64,000 nt of DNA from Octopus sinensis (Eukaryota), in contig NC_042998.1 in the NCBI RefSeq assembly GCF_006345805.1, forward strand, positions 187,798,001-187,862,000, given 5' to 3'. Under the pieces are notes generated by a model. It did not search any database. It saw only the letters and a program-made list of their open reading frames with translations, and was not told the DNA's origin. The position numbers and the translations under genes were made by a program. Shown piece after piece: positions 12,821 through 24,229 of this stretch; positions within the stretch are counted from its first letter, which is position 1, and every line of letters starts with the position of its first letter.

Positions 12821-15631
12821 ATGTTAATAAAATAGAACATATACATATATATAAACATATATGTACGTACCTACCTCTACATGTACATATACACGCATAT
12901 ATGTGTACGGGACACCAAAACGACGTCGAACACATAGAGAGACGAAACACATAGACACAACCAAGGAACAAGACAAGCAAAAAAAAGAGATACAGGACAA
13001 TAAGCACAACGAAAAATCCCCTTCTTCAGTCGCTAAGGTTTCATTTACTAAACGTTTCGAAGGATAAAAGCGAGACGTATACTTCGAAGCAAAACTTCCT
13101 TCCTGCGAAAAGCAAATCAATTAAAATTCTGAGATCTTTTCGCAGAGAGGTAAAAAAAGCAAGACGGTAACGACAGTACAAACATATAAACAGTAAAAAA
13201 TATATATATAAACAGTGGAAAAATAAATATATAACAGTGAGAGACAGGACAAGGAGAACAAGATAAGAAGGGCTGTTAACGCCAGACGAAAAAAGTATTG
13301 CAAACGCTGGATTATAGTGGACGACGAGAGAGAAGAAAGTCGACCAGTAGCCTTAGAAGGCGGGCGAGAAAAGACAGGATAGCAGTTACGACGGAAGTAT
13401 CGTCGCAGATGGACGACGGGAATGGGGGAGGAGGAGCAAGAGGAAGAGAGAGAAGAAGGGGAATGGTGCGAGGAGACCATGAAGAACGGTGAGGGGGAGA
13501 GAGAGAGGAAGAGACAAGTTAAGTGAGGGAAAAAAGACGAAAAAGGAATGGGAGAGAAAGAAAGAAAGATGCAGAGTCGCGTGAGAGTTTTAATAGAGGC
13601 TAACTTGATAACAGAACAATCTTACTTAATAGGGTGCGTGCGTTTAGTCGTATAATATGTTAATAAAATAGAACATATGCATATATATAAACATATATGT
13701 ACGTACCTACCTCTACATGTACATATACATGCATATATGTGTACAGGACACCAAAAAGACGTCGAACACATAGAGAGACGAAACACATAGACACAAACCA
13801 AGGAACAAGACAAGCAAAAAAAAGAGATACAGGACAATAAGCACAACGAAAAATCCCCTTCTTCAGTCGCTAAGGTTTCATCTACTAAACGTTTCGAAGG
13901 ATAAAAGCGAGACGTATACTTCGAAGCAAAACTTCCTGCGAAAAGCAAATCAATTAAAATTCTGAGATCTTTTCGCAGAGGGGTAAAAAAAGCAAGACGG
14001 TAATGACAGTACAAACATATAAACAGTAAAAAATATATATAAACAGTGGAAAAATATATATAACAGTGAGAGACAGGACAAGAGAACAAGATAAGAAGGG
14101 CTGTTAACGCCAGACGAAAAAAGTATTGCAAACGCTGGATTATAGGACGACGAGAGAGAAGAAAGTCGACCATAGCCTTAGAAGGCGGGCGAGAAAAGAC
14201 AGGATAGCAGTTACGACGGAAGTATCGTCGCAGATGGACGACGGGAATGGGGTAGGAGGAGCAAGAGGAAGAGAGAGAAGAAGGGGAATGGTGCGAGGAG
14301 ACCATGAAGAACGGTGGTGGGAGAGAGAGAGGAGAGACAAGTTAAGTGAGGGAAAAAAAAGACGAAAAAGGAATGGGAGAGAAAGAAGAAGATGCAGAGT
14401 CGCGTGAGAGTTAATATCAAGGCTAACTTGATAAACAGAACAATCTTACTTAATAGGGTGCGTGCGTTTAGTCGTATAATATGTTAATAAAATAGAACAT
14501 ATGCATATATATAAACATATATGTACGTACCTACCTCTACATGTACATATACACGCATATATGTGTACAGGACACCAAAAAGACGTCGAACACATAGAGA
14601 GACGAACACATAGACACAACCAAGGAACAAGACAAGCAAAAAAAGAGATACAGGACAATAAGCACAACGAAAAATCCCCTCTTCAGTCGCTAAGGTTTCA
14701 TCTACTAAACGTTTCGAAGGATAAAAGCGAGACGTATACTTCGAAGCAAAACTTCCTGCGAAAAGCAAATCAATTAAAATTCTGAGATTTTTTCGCAGAG
14801 GGGTAAAAAAAGCAAGACGGTAACGACAGTACAAACATATAAACAGTAAAAAATATATATATAAACAGTGGAAAAATAAATATATAACAGTGAGAGACAG
14901 GACAAGGAGAACATGATAAGAAGGGCTGTTAACGCCAGACGAAAAAAGTATTGCAAACGCTGGATTATAGTGGACGACGAGAGAGAAAGAAAGTCGACCA
15001 GTAGCCTTAGAAGGCGGGCGAGAAAAGACAGGATAGCAGTTACGACGGAAGTATCGTCGCAGATGGACGACGGGAATGGGGGAGGAGGAGCAAGAGGAGA
15101 GAGAGAGAAGAAGGGAATGGTGCGAGGAGACCATGAAGAACGGTGAGGGGGAGAGAGAGAGAAGAGACAAGTTAAGTGAGGGAAAAAGACGAAAAGAGAA
15201 TGGGAGAGAAAGAAAGAAAGATGCAGAGTCGCGTGAGAGTTAATATCAAGGCTAACTTGATAAACAGAACAATCTTACTTAATAGGGTGCGTGCGTTTAG
15301 TCGTATAATATGTTAATAAAATAGAACATATGCATATATATAACATATATGTACGTACATACCTCTACATGTACATATACACGCATATATGTGTACAGGA
15401 CACCAAAAGACGTCGAACACATAGAGAGACGAAACACATAGACACAAACCAAGGAACAAGACAAGCAAAAAAAAGAGATACAGGACAATAAGCACAACGA
15501 AAATCCCCTTCTTCAGTCGCTAAGGTTTCATCTACTAAACGTTTCGAAGGATAAAAGCGAGACGTATACTTCGAAGCAAAACTTCCTTCCTGCGAAAAGC
15601 AAATCAATTAAAATTCTGAGATCTTTTCGCA
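12818..15631. repeat. ~830-bp tandem array, about 3.4 units, CpG-rich
   Basis: Marker ATGTTAATAAAATAGAACATAT at 12821, 13657, 14481 and 15310 (periods 836/824/829). Flanked by (TA)n on both sides. Confidence 0.97.
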
Positions 15632-15633
15632 TA

Positions 15634-15673
<40 letters not shown>

Positions 15674-15798
15674 ATATTAGGGAATAAATCCAAACTTACA
15701 GGGAAAAATCAGATTTAGGATTGAATCCAATTTAATAGTAAAATGTTATATTATATTAAATTAGAGACAAAACCACTATTAGGTTTTGTCTCTAATTA

Positions 15799-15874
<76 letters not shown>

Positions 15875-15894
15875 TATATATATATATATATATA

Positions 15895-16065
15895 GCTAGC
15901 CACTACACATTCTTATTCTCTCCTTGTTTCTTTCTGTGTTCCTTTCTGTGGAAGAGCGTAAACTCAAAAGATAAAAGACTTTTTCAATTCCTGAGCATTA
16001 TACTAATACATCTGTTTGTTTTCCACACCACCTGTGTCCCTTGTCTTTTTTTTTGTGAATTCTTC

Positions 16066-16070
<5 letters not shown>
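15895..16070 (+). mobile_element. Short dispersed repeat with hammerhead-like motif, copy 1
   Basis: Homologous to 20972-21150 (-) and 38895-39070 (+). Contains CTTTCTGTGGAAGAGCGTAAACTCAAAAGATAAAAG. Embedded in (TA)n. Confidence 0.75.
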
Positions 16071-16103
<33 letters not shown>

Positions 16104-16282
16104 TCAAACAAACCTTTACTTACATTGACAACCTTTGGCCAGCACTTGAGCTTTGTTAACTCTCTAATCTTTTATAGGTGCTATGATAACTATAACTGCA
16201 AACTTTGAGATCAGTGTAAATGATGTCTAATTTGGACTATTGTTGGGCATCCTTTTCTTTCTGTGATAAACAATCCCTAGTG

Positions 16283-16777
16283 ACTTGTTTGACGAGTATT
16301 ATGTGCTTGCCAGAAAATGTTTGTTGGAAGATATAAAAACTATTTCACATGGCTTTTCTCTAAGCAAATTTTACAAGACACCACATTGTCAGCTATATAC
16401 AGACAAATTTGCCACACCTGCCTGGGCACTCAGAATGTAGAGAACTGGAACAAATACCATGAAGCATTTTGACAAATGGCCTAACAATTTCATAAATTCA
16501 CCACCCACATTAACTCTTTTGATACCAAATTCCCTGAAACTGTTCATGGTTCTATGATACAAACCTTCTGATTTAAAGGGGCCTAAATCAAAGGCTTCCA
16601 TCAAAATTTTATGCTGATTTATGTTCCAAACACCAGCTTAAGAATTACTTAAGAATTACAAGTGTTTGACTAAATTCTTCATTATTCTTAAAATTAATGG
16701 AAGCAAAGACTACATACTCTAATAGAAATATAGGAAGAAAAGGTTTAATACTTTATTTTATCAACCTCAGAAAGATG
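16283..16777 (+). repeat. Copy 2 of the ~490-bp local direct duplication
   Basis: See 6820-7303. Carries an extra small duplication CTTAAGAATTA CTTAAGAATTA. Confidence 0.95.
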
Positions 16778-17430
16778 AATAGCAAGGATTTGAACATAGA
16801 ATGTAAAGAGCTAGGACAAATACTGCTAGACATTTTGTTGATTCTCTAACGAATCTGCCTATTTATTGCTTTCTTGTAGCTTCAATAACTGTAGTGAAAA
16901 CATGTTTCGAAAGAGGATTCTAAAGGGTTTTCATTCAGGAGATGAATGACTGAGCAAACTATTTAGTACTGAAGAGATACAGTAGAGATGAGAAGTGGTA
17001 TTAAGATAAATGCATTGGGTTAGGTTTTGAAGTTCATAGTATATAGTTTAGAAGAGCAGAGACTGTTGTGGTAATGGTAGAATAAGCAGTGTATGCAAAC
17101 TACTAAGTTTAGTATGTTAATGAATTTTTGCCATGCAACCTTTATTTTCATGTGTTTGTGTCAATGACCAGCACTGACTCAAACTCATGAATAGAACTGT
17201 AATACATATTGGATTTGAACTATTAGCGGTCAGTTATTGATCTTGGATGAAAAATTTTATTGCCCTCAAGAGGAAACTAATCCTTGAGTGCAATTTTAGT
17301 AATGTTATTATACATGTGAGGTTGCTATAAGAGATTCTCAGTCCTACTAATTGTAGTAACTTTATTTTAGTCTTGTTGAACATGTATTGGCAAGGTGTAG
17401 TGTAAGACTCTTCCTTTAGTATATATCTCA

Positions 17431-17827
17431 CTAGCAGTATCGCCCGGCGTTGCTCGGGTTTGTAAGGGAAATAACTATATAAGCATTTTTAGAGAGTTAT
17501 AGCCAAAAAATAGCGAAAAAATGCATTAAAAATGGAAAAAAAATGATGGTAAATTTTTTTTTAAATTGTTGACTCATCGTAGACATTTTTAGAGAGTTAC
17601 TTCCCTTATATAATAGCGAAAAAATGCATTAAAATGGGAAAAAATTACGGTAAATTTTTTAAAAATCGTAGACTCATCATAGACGCGCGCTAATACCCAG
17701 AAGGGCTCGATATGAATCATGACTATAAGATACCCGGTTTTGGTTAAACTGCACTGCAAAATGTGGGAGTAGTTAGGAATCTAAATCGTAGGAGACAGAC
17801 ATACAACTTCACTTTTATATATAAAGA
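17431..17827 (-). mobile_element. Non-autonomous Helitron
   Basis: Minus strand starts A|TC(TTTATATATAAAAG) and ends with hairpin CCCGAGCAACGCCGGG followed by CTAG|T. A/T insertion site, no TSD. A near-identical copy is at 58518. Confidence 0.9.
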
Positions 17828-18199
17828 TATATCATATATATTATTTTACTGTAGAAGGACTCTAAGATATCTCAACTTCCACTTCATTTAGCTGCAAAAA
17901 TATCCTCAAATTACTCTTTCTCTGTCTCTTCCAACTTAATCAATACAAAACATTTCTTCCTAAATAACTTCTCTTTGGGATTCTCTCCCTCTCTCTCCCT
18001 CATAAATGTTTTCTGTTCAACTGCTATGTTAAACTTTAAGAATTCTTTATAAACATTAACTGCATAAAACATCATACATTTATCTATATTCTGTAGCAGA
18101 GAACTTTAAATCAATGTACTTTATACTCAGACTAATTTTTAAAAATGTCTTTCATAGTTTATATTTTTCATAATTAATTTTCATAATTTATATTTAGTG

Positions 18200-18430
18200 G
18201 CCTCGGCTGTTGGCCAACCTCGTCTGGCACCTATGCCGGTGGCACGTAAAAAGCACCCACTACACTCATGGAGTGGTTGGCGATAGGAAGGGCATCCAGC
18301 CGTAGAAACATTGCCAGATCAGACTGGGCCTGGTGCAGCCTTCTGGCTTCCCAGACCCCAGTTGTACCGCCCAACACATGCTAGCATGGAAAACGGATGC
18401 TAAACGATGATGATGATGATGATGATGATA
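18200..18430 (+). mobile_element. RTE LINE 3' end fragment
   Basis: GCCGGTGGCACGTAAAAAGCACC...AGGAAGGGCATCCAGCCGTAGAAAC...GCTAGCATGGAAA...(GAT)n; matches 27790-27980. Confidence 0.9.
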
Positions 18431-18704
18431 GTGCATATACAGCAAGGAGGGATTATATTAAATCTTTGGACAAATTTATTGCAGTATTTAGTTACAAACT
18501 TTTACATTCTGAATTCAAATTCCACTGAAGCCAACTTCAATCTTTCATCCTTCCAATGTCAAGAAAATAAGGGCCGACCAATAAGTATTTTTTCCTGGCA
18601 AATTTTGAAGTCTTGTGCTATGTTTACACTTAAATTTAGATAACCTTAAGAACTGGCATCATTATTATGTGTGGTGACCTATACGTCATGAGTGGTGATA
18701 TAGG

Positions 18705-19590
18705 AACTGGTGTGGCTGTGTAGGAAGAAGTTTTCTTCCCAACCATATGGTCTCAAGTTCAGTCCTTCTGTGTGGCATCTTGGGCAAGTGTCTTGCACCA
18801 CAGCCCTGGGTCAACCAAAACCTTGTGAGTGGATTTGAAAGACAGAAACTGAAAGAGGCCCGTCATATCTATCTGCCTGTCTCTAAGTAAGTCTGTCACT
18901 ATACATACAACATACATACATACATACACACATACATTATATGGCCGCCCCCTTGTTATTGAGTATGGCCATTGCACGAAGCTTAACTGTTACTGGTGCT
19001 GTGATTGAATGTGACTTTTTAGCCCAGCTAAAGATCTACAATGTCTTGTACAGAATTGGCAACTAAAGCCATTAACCAGTAGTAGCCGGCTGTAGTTGTA
19101 ACTGGGCTTCATGTACCTTTGCATGTCATTTAAGTCCTCCTGCCAAATTACACTCTCTTCCACATGCCCGATAGATATGATTAGTATGGTGTGTTACACC
19201 ACCATCAGTGGCCAGGTTGTCACTCATCTGTCTCGCTTTATGACTACGAAGATGACTCTTGAGTCCAGCACATACATACATATACATATATATATATATA
19301 TATATATAAATAAGCATACATTCATATAGGCATGTATGTGTGTGTTACTGTCTCCTTGTCTTGACTTTATGTGATTCTTGTAAAAGACTATCACTGTCAT
19401 GCAAGCGGTGTCCATAATTTCAGTCTTCCATGAAAATGTCTGGTCATGAAGAATATTACCTTATTTGGCAACAGGTGAGGATTGGTGACAGGAAGGGCAT
19501 TTGGCTGTAGAAAATTTGCCTCAACTAATTCTGTCCTATTCACACAAGCACAGGAAAGTGGATGTTACAATGATGATGATAATGATGATC
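18705..19590 (+). mobile_element. SINE family A head with RTE-type tail, interrupted in its microsatellite
   Basis: Head and CORE-like TTGGGCAAGTG at 18705-18865; tail GACAGGAAGGGCAT...GTAGAAAAT...(GAT)n at 19330-19590. Confidence 0.65.
18941..19272 (-). mobile_element. RTE-type LINE 3' fragment with repeated C2H2-like fingers
   Basis: Minus strand: AGLKSHLRSH, CGRECNLAGGLK*HAKVH, CQFCTRHCRSLAGLKSHIQSQH, then a short 3' UTR running into a microsatellite. Confidence 0.65.
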
Positions 19591-19654
19591 ACACACATAC
19601 ACATACATAAGAAGGAATGAGAAAAAAAAAAAGAAACAAATACGTAAATAAATA

Positions 19655-20042
19655 CTCTTTTACTTGTTTCAGTCATTTGACTGCGACCATGCTGGAGCAC
19701 CGCCTTTAATCGAGCAACTCGACCCTGGGACTTATTCTTATGTAAGCCCAGTACTTATTCTATCGGTCTCTTTTGCCGAACCGCTAAGTAACGGGGACAT
19801 AAACACACCAGCATCGGTTGTCAAGCAATGCTAGGGGGACAAACACAGACACACAAACACGCATATATATACATATATACGATGGGCTTCTTTCAGTTTC
19901 CATCTACCAAATCCACTCACAAGGCTTTGGTCGGCCCGATGCTATAGTAGAAGACACTTGCCCAAGGTGCCACGCAGTGGGACTGAACCCGGAACCATGT
20001 GGTTGGTAAACAAGCTACTTACCACACAGCCACTCCTGCGCC
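19655..20042 (-). mobile_element. SINE family A, full length
   Basis: GGCGCAGGAGTGGCTGTGTGG (A-box), GGTTCAGTCC (B-box), CORE-like CCTTGGGCAAGTG, internal microsatellite, tail CCAGCATGG..GCAGTCAAATGACTGAAACAAGTAAAAGAG. Confidence 0.95.
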
Positions 20043-20144
20043 TATAAAAATAATTAAAAAAACAACTAAATAAAAGACATGAGTAGAAACAGTGTAGTAG
20101 GCAAACCCATACACACACACAAAACTAAATGTAGACAAGCACAG

Positions 20145-20175
<31 letters not shown>

Positions 20176-20488
20176 GATACAGACACAAATGCATGTGCAG
20201 ATAAGGATATACAATACAAAAAGACAATGGACTATACTGAACAGGAGGAGGCAAGTGGGATAGAGAGTCACTGAAGAGGTCACAGGATGTGTTATGAAAG
20301 ATTTCAGACAAAGGACACTAAGATAATAATAATAATAATAATAATAAGGCTGAAGTGAAGAATGAGTATATAGTGGATGCGTATGGTTATCTGGCAAAAG
20401 CAAAGAAGGAAATACAACAAAATCTGTTTCAACACACGATTTCACATCAGGAATATTGACAAAACAAATACATAAACGTACATATATA

Positions 20489-20888
20489 CTTTTCTCCTCT
20501 AGGCTCAAGGCCCTACATTTTTGGGGAGGGGGGGGGCAGTCGATTAGATTGAACCCAGAATGTAACTGGTACTTAATTTATCGACCCCGAAAGGATGAAA
20601 GGCATAGTCAAACCTTGGCAGAATTTGAACTGTGAATATAAAGATAAACGAAATACCTATTTCTTTACTACCCACAAGGGGCTAGACACAGAGAGTACAA
20701 ACAAGGACAGACAAACACATTAAGTCGATTGTATCAACCCCAGTGTGTAACTGGTACTTATTTAATCGACCCTGAAAGGATGAAAGGCAAAGTTGACCTT
20801 GGCGGAATTTGAACTCAGAACGTAATGGCAGACAAAATACTGCTAAGCATTTCGCCTGGCATGCTAACATTTCTGCCAGCTCTCCACC
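20489..20888 (-). mobile_element. Two adjacent SINE family B copies with different tails
   Basis: GAAAGGATGAAAGGCA occurs twice. 20658-20888 ends in the CCCCTTGTGGGTAGTAAAGAAATAG tail; 20489-20655 ends in the GGGCCTTGAGCCTAGAGGAGAAAAG tail. Confidence 0.85.
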
Positions 20889-20971
20889 TTTAAACGTATA
20901 CACACACACACATATATACATATACATACATATATATAAATACCATACATATATATACATTTATATATATA

Positions 20972-21150
20972 AAGGGAAAGTTTACGAAAATAAACAAAAG
21001 ACGAAGGCAGGTGATGTACAAACAAACAAATGTATTAGTATTGCACTCAGGAATAGAAAAAGTCTTTTACGTTTCGAGCCTACGCTCTTTTACAGAAAGG
21101 GACACAGAAAAAAACAAGGAGAGAAAAAAATGTGTGTAGTAGCTAACGAT
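20972..21150 (-). mobile_element. Short dispersed repeat with hammerhead-like motif, copy 2 (best preserved)
   Basis: Minus strand CTTT-CTGTAAAA-GAGC-GTAG-GCTC-GAAA-CG-TA-AAAG at 21099-21064. Confidence 0.75.
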
Positions 21151-21497
21151 CTATCATGGCGTCTGACTCGGACAGAATGGTCAAACGCGAGAGGGACAGT
21201 AGGGGAGATAACAGGGTCAAGTGACTTCCAATACACACACACATACATACATACACACAAGACATTAAAACAAAGACAGAATTATACACCAACACAGTTT
21301 TTTTTATTATTACAGTCTTTATACAGTATATTTTCTTCAAACTTCCATCTGACTCATGTTTCTGTTGCAGGGATTTCTTGTTATGTGGTGTCTGTTTGCA
21401 TCTTTTTGGTTTGGTTGCATTAACATTTCATCGTGGTTAAATGCATCCAAGCAGTTTTATTCAAAGTGCTGCGACTAGTAGAGTTTCAACTAAAGTA

Positions 21498-22009
21498 TAA
21501 TGGTTTTGACAATCTTATATTTTAGGTGGGGGATTTTTGCATTGAGTGCAAAGGGTAGCAGAGGTCATAGGGAGAGATATGATATGGCTTTGAAATATGT
21601 TTAGAAATAGTGTCCAGAAAGGGGCTAAGTACTAAACTGGATCAAAGTTTCTTTGTCCACTAGCCTTGAGCAATATGGTCAGATATAACTTCTGTGAGTA
21701 ATTAAGGGTCACTAAGCCAATTAAAATTTTAAAATATAAGATGTAAAGAATTTACTCCTAAGGCCAGGAGTATAGTTCACAATATGGTAGAATACACATA
21801 ACTACAGTGAAATCAGAATTATTGTCATAGGAAAATATAGACAACTCCTTTGTATATCTAGTAGGGTATTATCTACATCTAAATCTAAAGTTGATTTATC
21901 AAGACAATAATTCTGATATCCAATTCGTATTACGCCGTACTACCTCTGCTATCCCTTGCACTCAACACAAATGTCCCCTACCTAAAATATAGGACTGTCA
22001 AAACCATTA
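21498..22009. mobile_element. MITE with ~70-bp imperfect terminal inverted repeats
   Basis: TAATGGTTTTGACAATCTTATATTTTAGGTGGGGGA...GCAGAGGT versus ACCTCTGC...TCCCCTACCTAAAATATAGGACTGTCAAAACCATTA; possible TA TSD. Confidence 0.85.
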
Positions 22010-22575
22010 AACATTTTACATTGGTCTAAAGTCTCCCTTGGTTTTAGAAAAAGAATCACGTATATCATTATATATGTTGCATGTTCATTTATAGAAGAAT
22101 AAACAAATTAACTTAAAATAACAATAGAAATTTATTTCTTCATAAAGTGGATTAGTGGATCAAAGCAAGAAACATTATAAATCCTGGTGGTTGCTGTTCA
22201 TCCATTGTTTTAACAATTCAGCTTGGGTTGTCATTGGTTACATAGGCTTCATTATATTAATTCTCCTCTGAAGAAAAAAAAAAAAAGCAAAATTGGCAGG
22301 ATCTGCATAATTTGCTCTGATGAAAAACTCTCACCCCTCTAACCTGTAAATAATTTGTTGCACCAATTTATGGAAAAAAAAGAGGATCCAGAACACATAC
22401 GGATTAGTTGTTTGAAATATATTGTGCGCAATGTCATTGAACCATTGATCCAATTCCCGTGCAACACTCAACCAATCACAACACAGGACTCAACAAATGT
22501 CCAAACACTCACATGGTAGGTATGTTGACCATTCACTACAGATTAACGTAATGAGCCTATATAAATCAAATGTTT

Positions 22576-22948
22576 GAGTGGCTGTGTGGTAAGTAGCTTG
22601 CTAACCAACCACATGGTTCCAGGTTCAGGGTTCAGTCCCACTGCGTGGCACTTTGGGCAAGTGTCTTCTACTATAGCCTCGGGCCAACCAAAGCCTTGTG
22701 AGTGGATTTGGTAGATGGAAACTGAAAGAAGCCGGCGTATATATATATATGTATGTATGTATGTGTGTGTATATGTTTGTGTGTGTGTGTGTGTCCCAAC
22801 ATCGCTTGACATCGATGCTGGTGTGTTTACGTCCCTGTAACTTAGCGGTTTGGCATAACAGCCTGGTAGAATAAGTACTAGGCTTACAAAGAATAAGTCC
22901 TGGGGTCGATTTGCTCAACTAAAGGCGGTGCTTCAGCATGCCTGCAGT
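22576..22948 (+). mobile_element. SINE family A
   Basis: Same sequence as 19655-20042; small GGTTC(C)AG duplication at the B-box. Confidence 0.93.
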
Positions 22949-23294
22949 TCCCTGGGGGGAAACTGAGAGAAGATTTGTGTTGGATAGTGACATTATCAAA
23001 TGTGATGTAAGATATGAAGTGGTATTTTGCTCACAAGAAATGGGTTTGGCGTGAAAATTATCTGTTCATGCACAGCAAAAGTTATATTTAGAATAACAAT
23101 TGTTGCTTCACTATCTCCAGTGATGTGAGAAAATGAAGTTGTCAGGATGGGTGTGTTGTTGAGAGGTTTGGTTCCCAGCCACATGGTTTCAGGTTCTGTC
23201 CCAGTATGGCATTTCAGGCAAGTGTCTTCAGCTATAACTCCAGCTTCAACAAAGCCTTGTGAGGTGGATTTGATAGAAACTAAAAAAAACCCAG

Positions 23295-23336
<42 letters not shown>

Positions 23337-23363
23337 TATATATGTATATATATGTATATATAT

Positions 23364-23750
23364 GATGGAAGCACTCCGTCGGTTACGACGACGAGGGTTC
23401 CGGTTGATCCGAATCAACGGGACAGCCTGCTCGTGAAATTAACGTGTAAGTGGCTGAGCACTCCACAGACATGTGTACCCTTAACGTAGTTCTCGGGGAT
23501 ATTCAGCGTGACACAGAGAGTGACAAGGCCAGCCTTTTGAAATACAGGTACAACAGAAACAGGAAGTAAGAGTGAGAAAAAGTTGTGGTGAAAGAGTACA
23601 GCAGGGATCACCACCATCCCCTGCCGGAGCCTCGTGGAGCTTTAGGTGTTTTCGCTCAATAAACACTCACAACACCCGGTCTGGGAATCGAAACCGCAAT
23701 CCTATGACCGCGAGTTCGCTGCCCTAATCACTGGGCCATTGCGCCTCCAC
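23364..23750 (-). mobile_element. tRNA-derived SINE family C, copy 1
   Basis: Minus strand GTGGAGGCGCAATGGCCCAGTGATTAGG (A-box) ...GGTTTCGATTCCC (B-box); ends CCCTCGTCGTCGTAACCGACGGAGTGCTTCCATC, inside (TA)n. Confidence 0.85.
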
Positions 23751-23752
23751 TG

Positions 23753-23786
<34 letters not shown>

Positions 23787-23800
23787 ATATAATGTATATA

Positions 23801-23843
<43 letters not shown>

Positions 23844-24229
23844 GATGGAAGCACTCCGTCGGTTACGACGACGAGGGTTCCGGTTGATCCGAATCAACGG
23901 GACAGCCTGCTCGTGAAATTAATGTGTAAGTGGCTGAGCACTCCACAGACATGTGTACCCTTAACGTAGTTCTCGGGGATATTCAGCGTGACACAGAGAG
24001 TGACAAGGCCAGCCTTTTGAAATACAGGTACAACAGAAACAGGAAGTAAGAGTGAGAAAAAGTTGTGGTGAAAGAGTACAGCAGGGATCACCACCATCCC
24101 CTGCCGGAGCCTCGTGGAGCTTTAGGTGTTTTCGCTCAATAAACACTCACAACACCGGTCTGGGAATCGAAACCGCAATCCTATGACCGCGAGTTCGCTG
24201 CCCTAATCACTGGGCCATTGCGCCTCCAC
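23844..24229 (-). mobile_element. tRNA-derived SINE family C, copy 2 (tandem duplicate, 480-bp period)
   Basis: Differs from copy 1 by about one substitution and one indel. Confidence 0.85.

Noticed and set aside
12795-15607. Multiple overlapping ORFs of 60-228 aa
   Set aside because: Low-complexity translations of the tandem unit; frames shift between units through homopolymer indels.
16160-16230. Acceptor-like CTAAT...TTTATAG followed by a cadherin-sounding peptide (ITITANFEISVNDV)
   Set aside because: Hits a stop after 17 codons and lacks the DxNDN motif; likely chance.
6820-16777. LTR retrotransposon bounded by the ~490-bp direct repeats
   Set aside because: No TG...CA termini, PBS/PPT, TSD or gag/pol interior; the repeats are mosaics of older TE debris.
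18941-19272. Host C2H2 zinc-finger gene exon
   Set aside because: No TGEKP linkers, contains stops and frameshifts, and runs into a LINE-like 3' end and microsatellite; better explained as an RTE C-terminus.
22370-22520. Possible coding exon (MEKKEDPEHIRISCLKYIVRNV...) ending near donor-like GTAGGT
   Set aside because: Only ~49 codons, no recognisable domain or partner exons; cannot be supported without transcript data.
23670-23750. Genuine tRNA gene (also SINE A and B heads)
   Set aside because: A/B boxes are present but the cloverleaf is incomplete and each continues into a SINE body.
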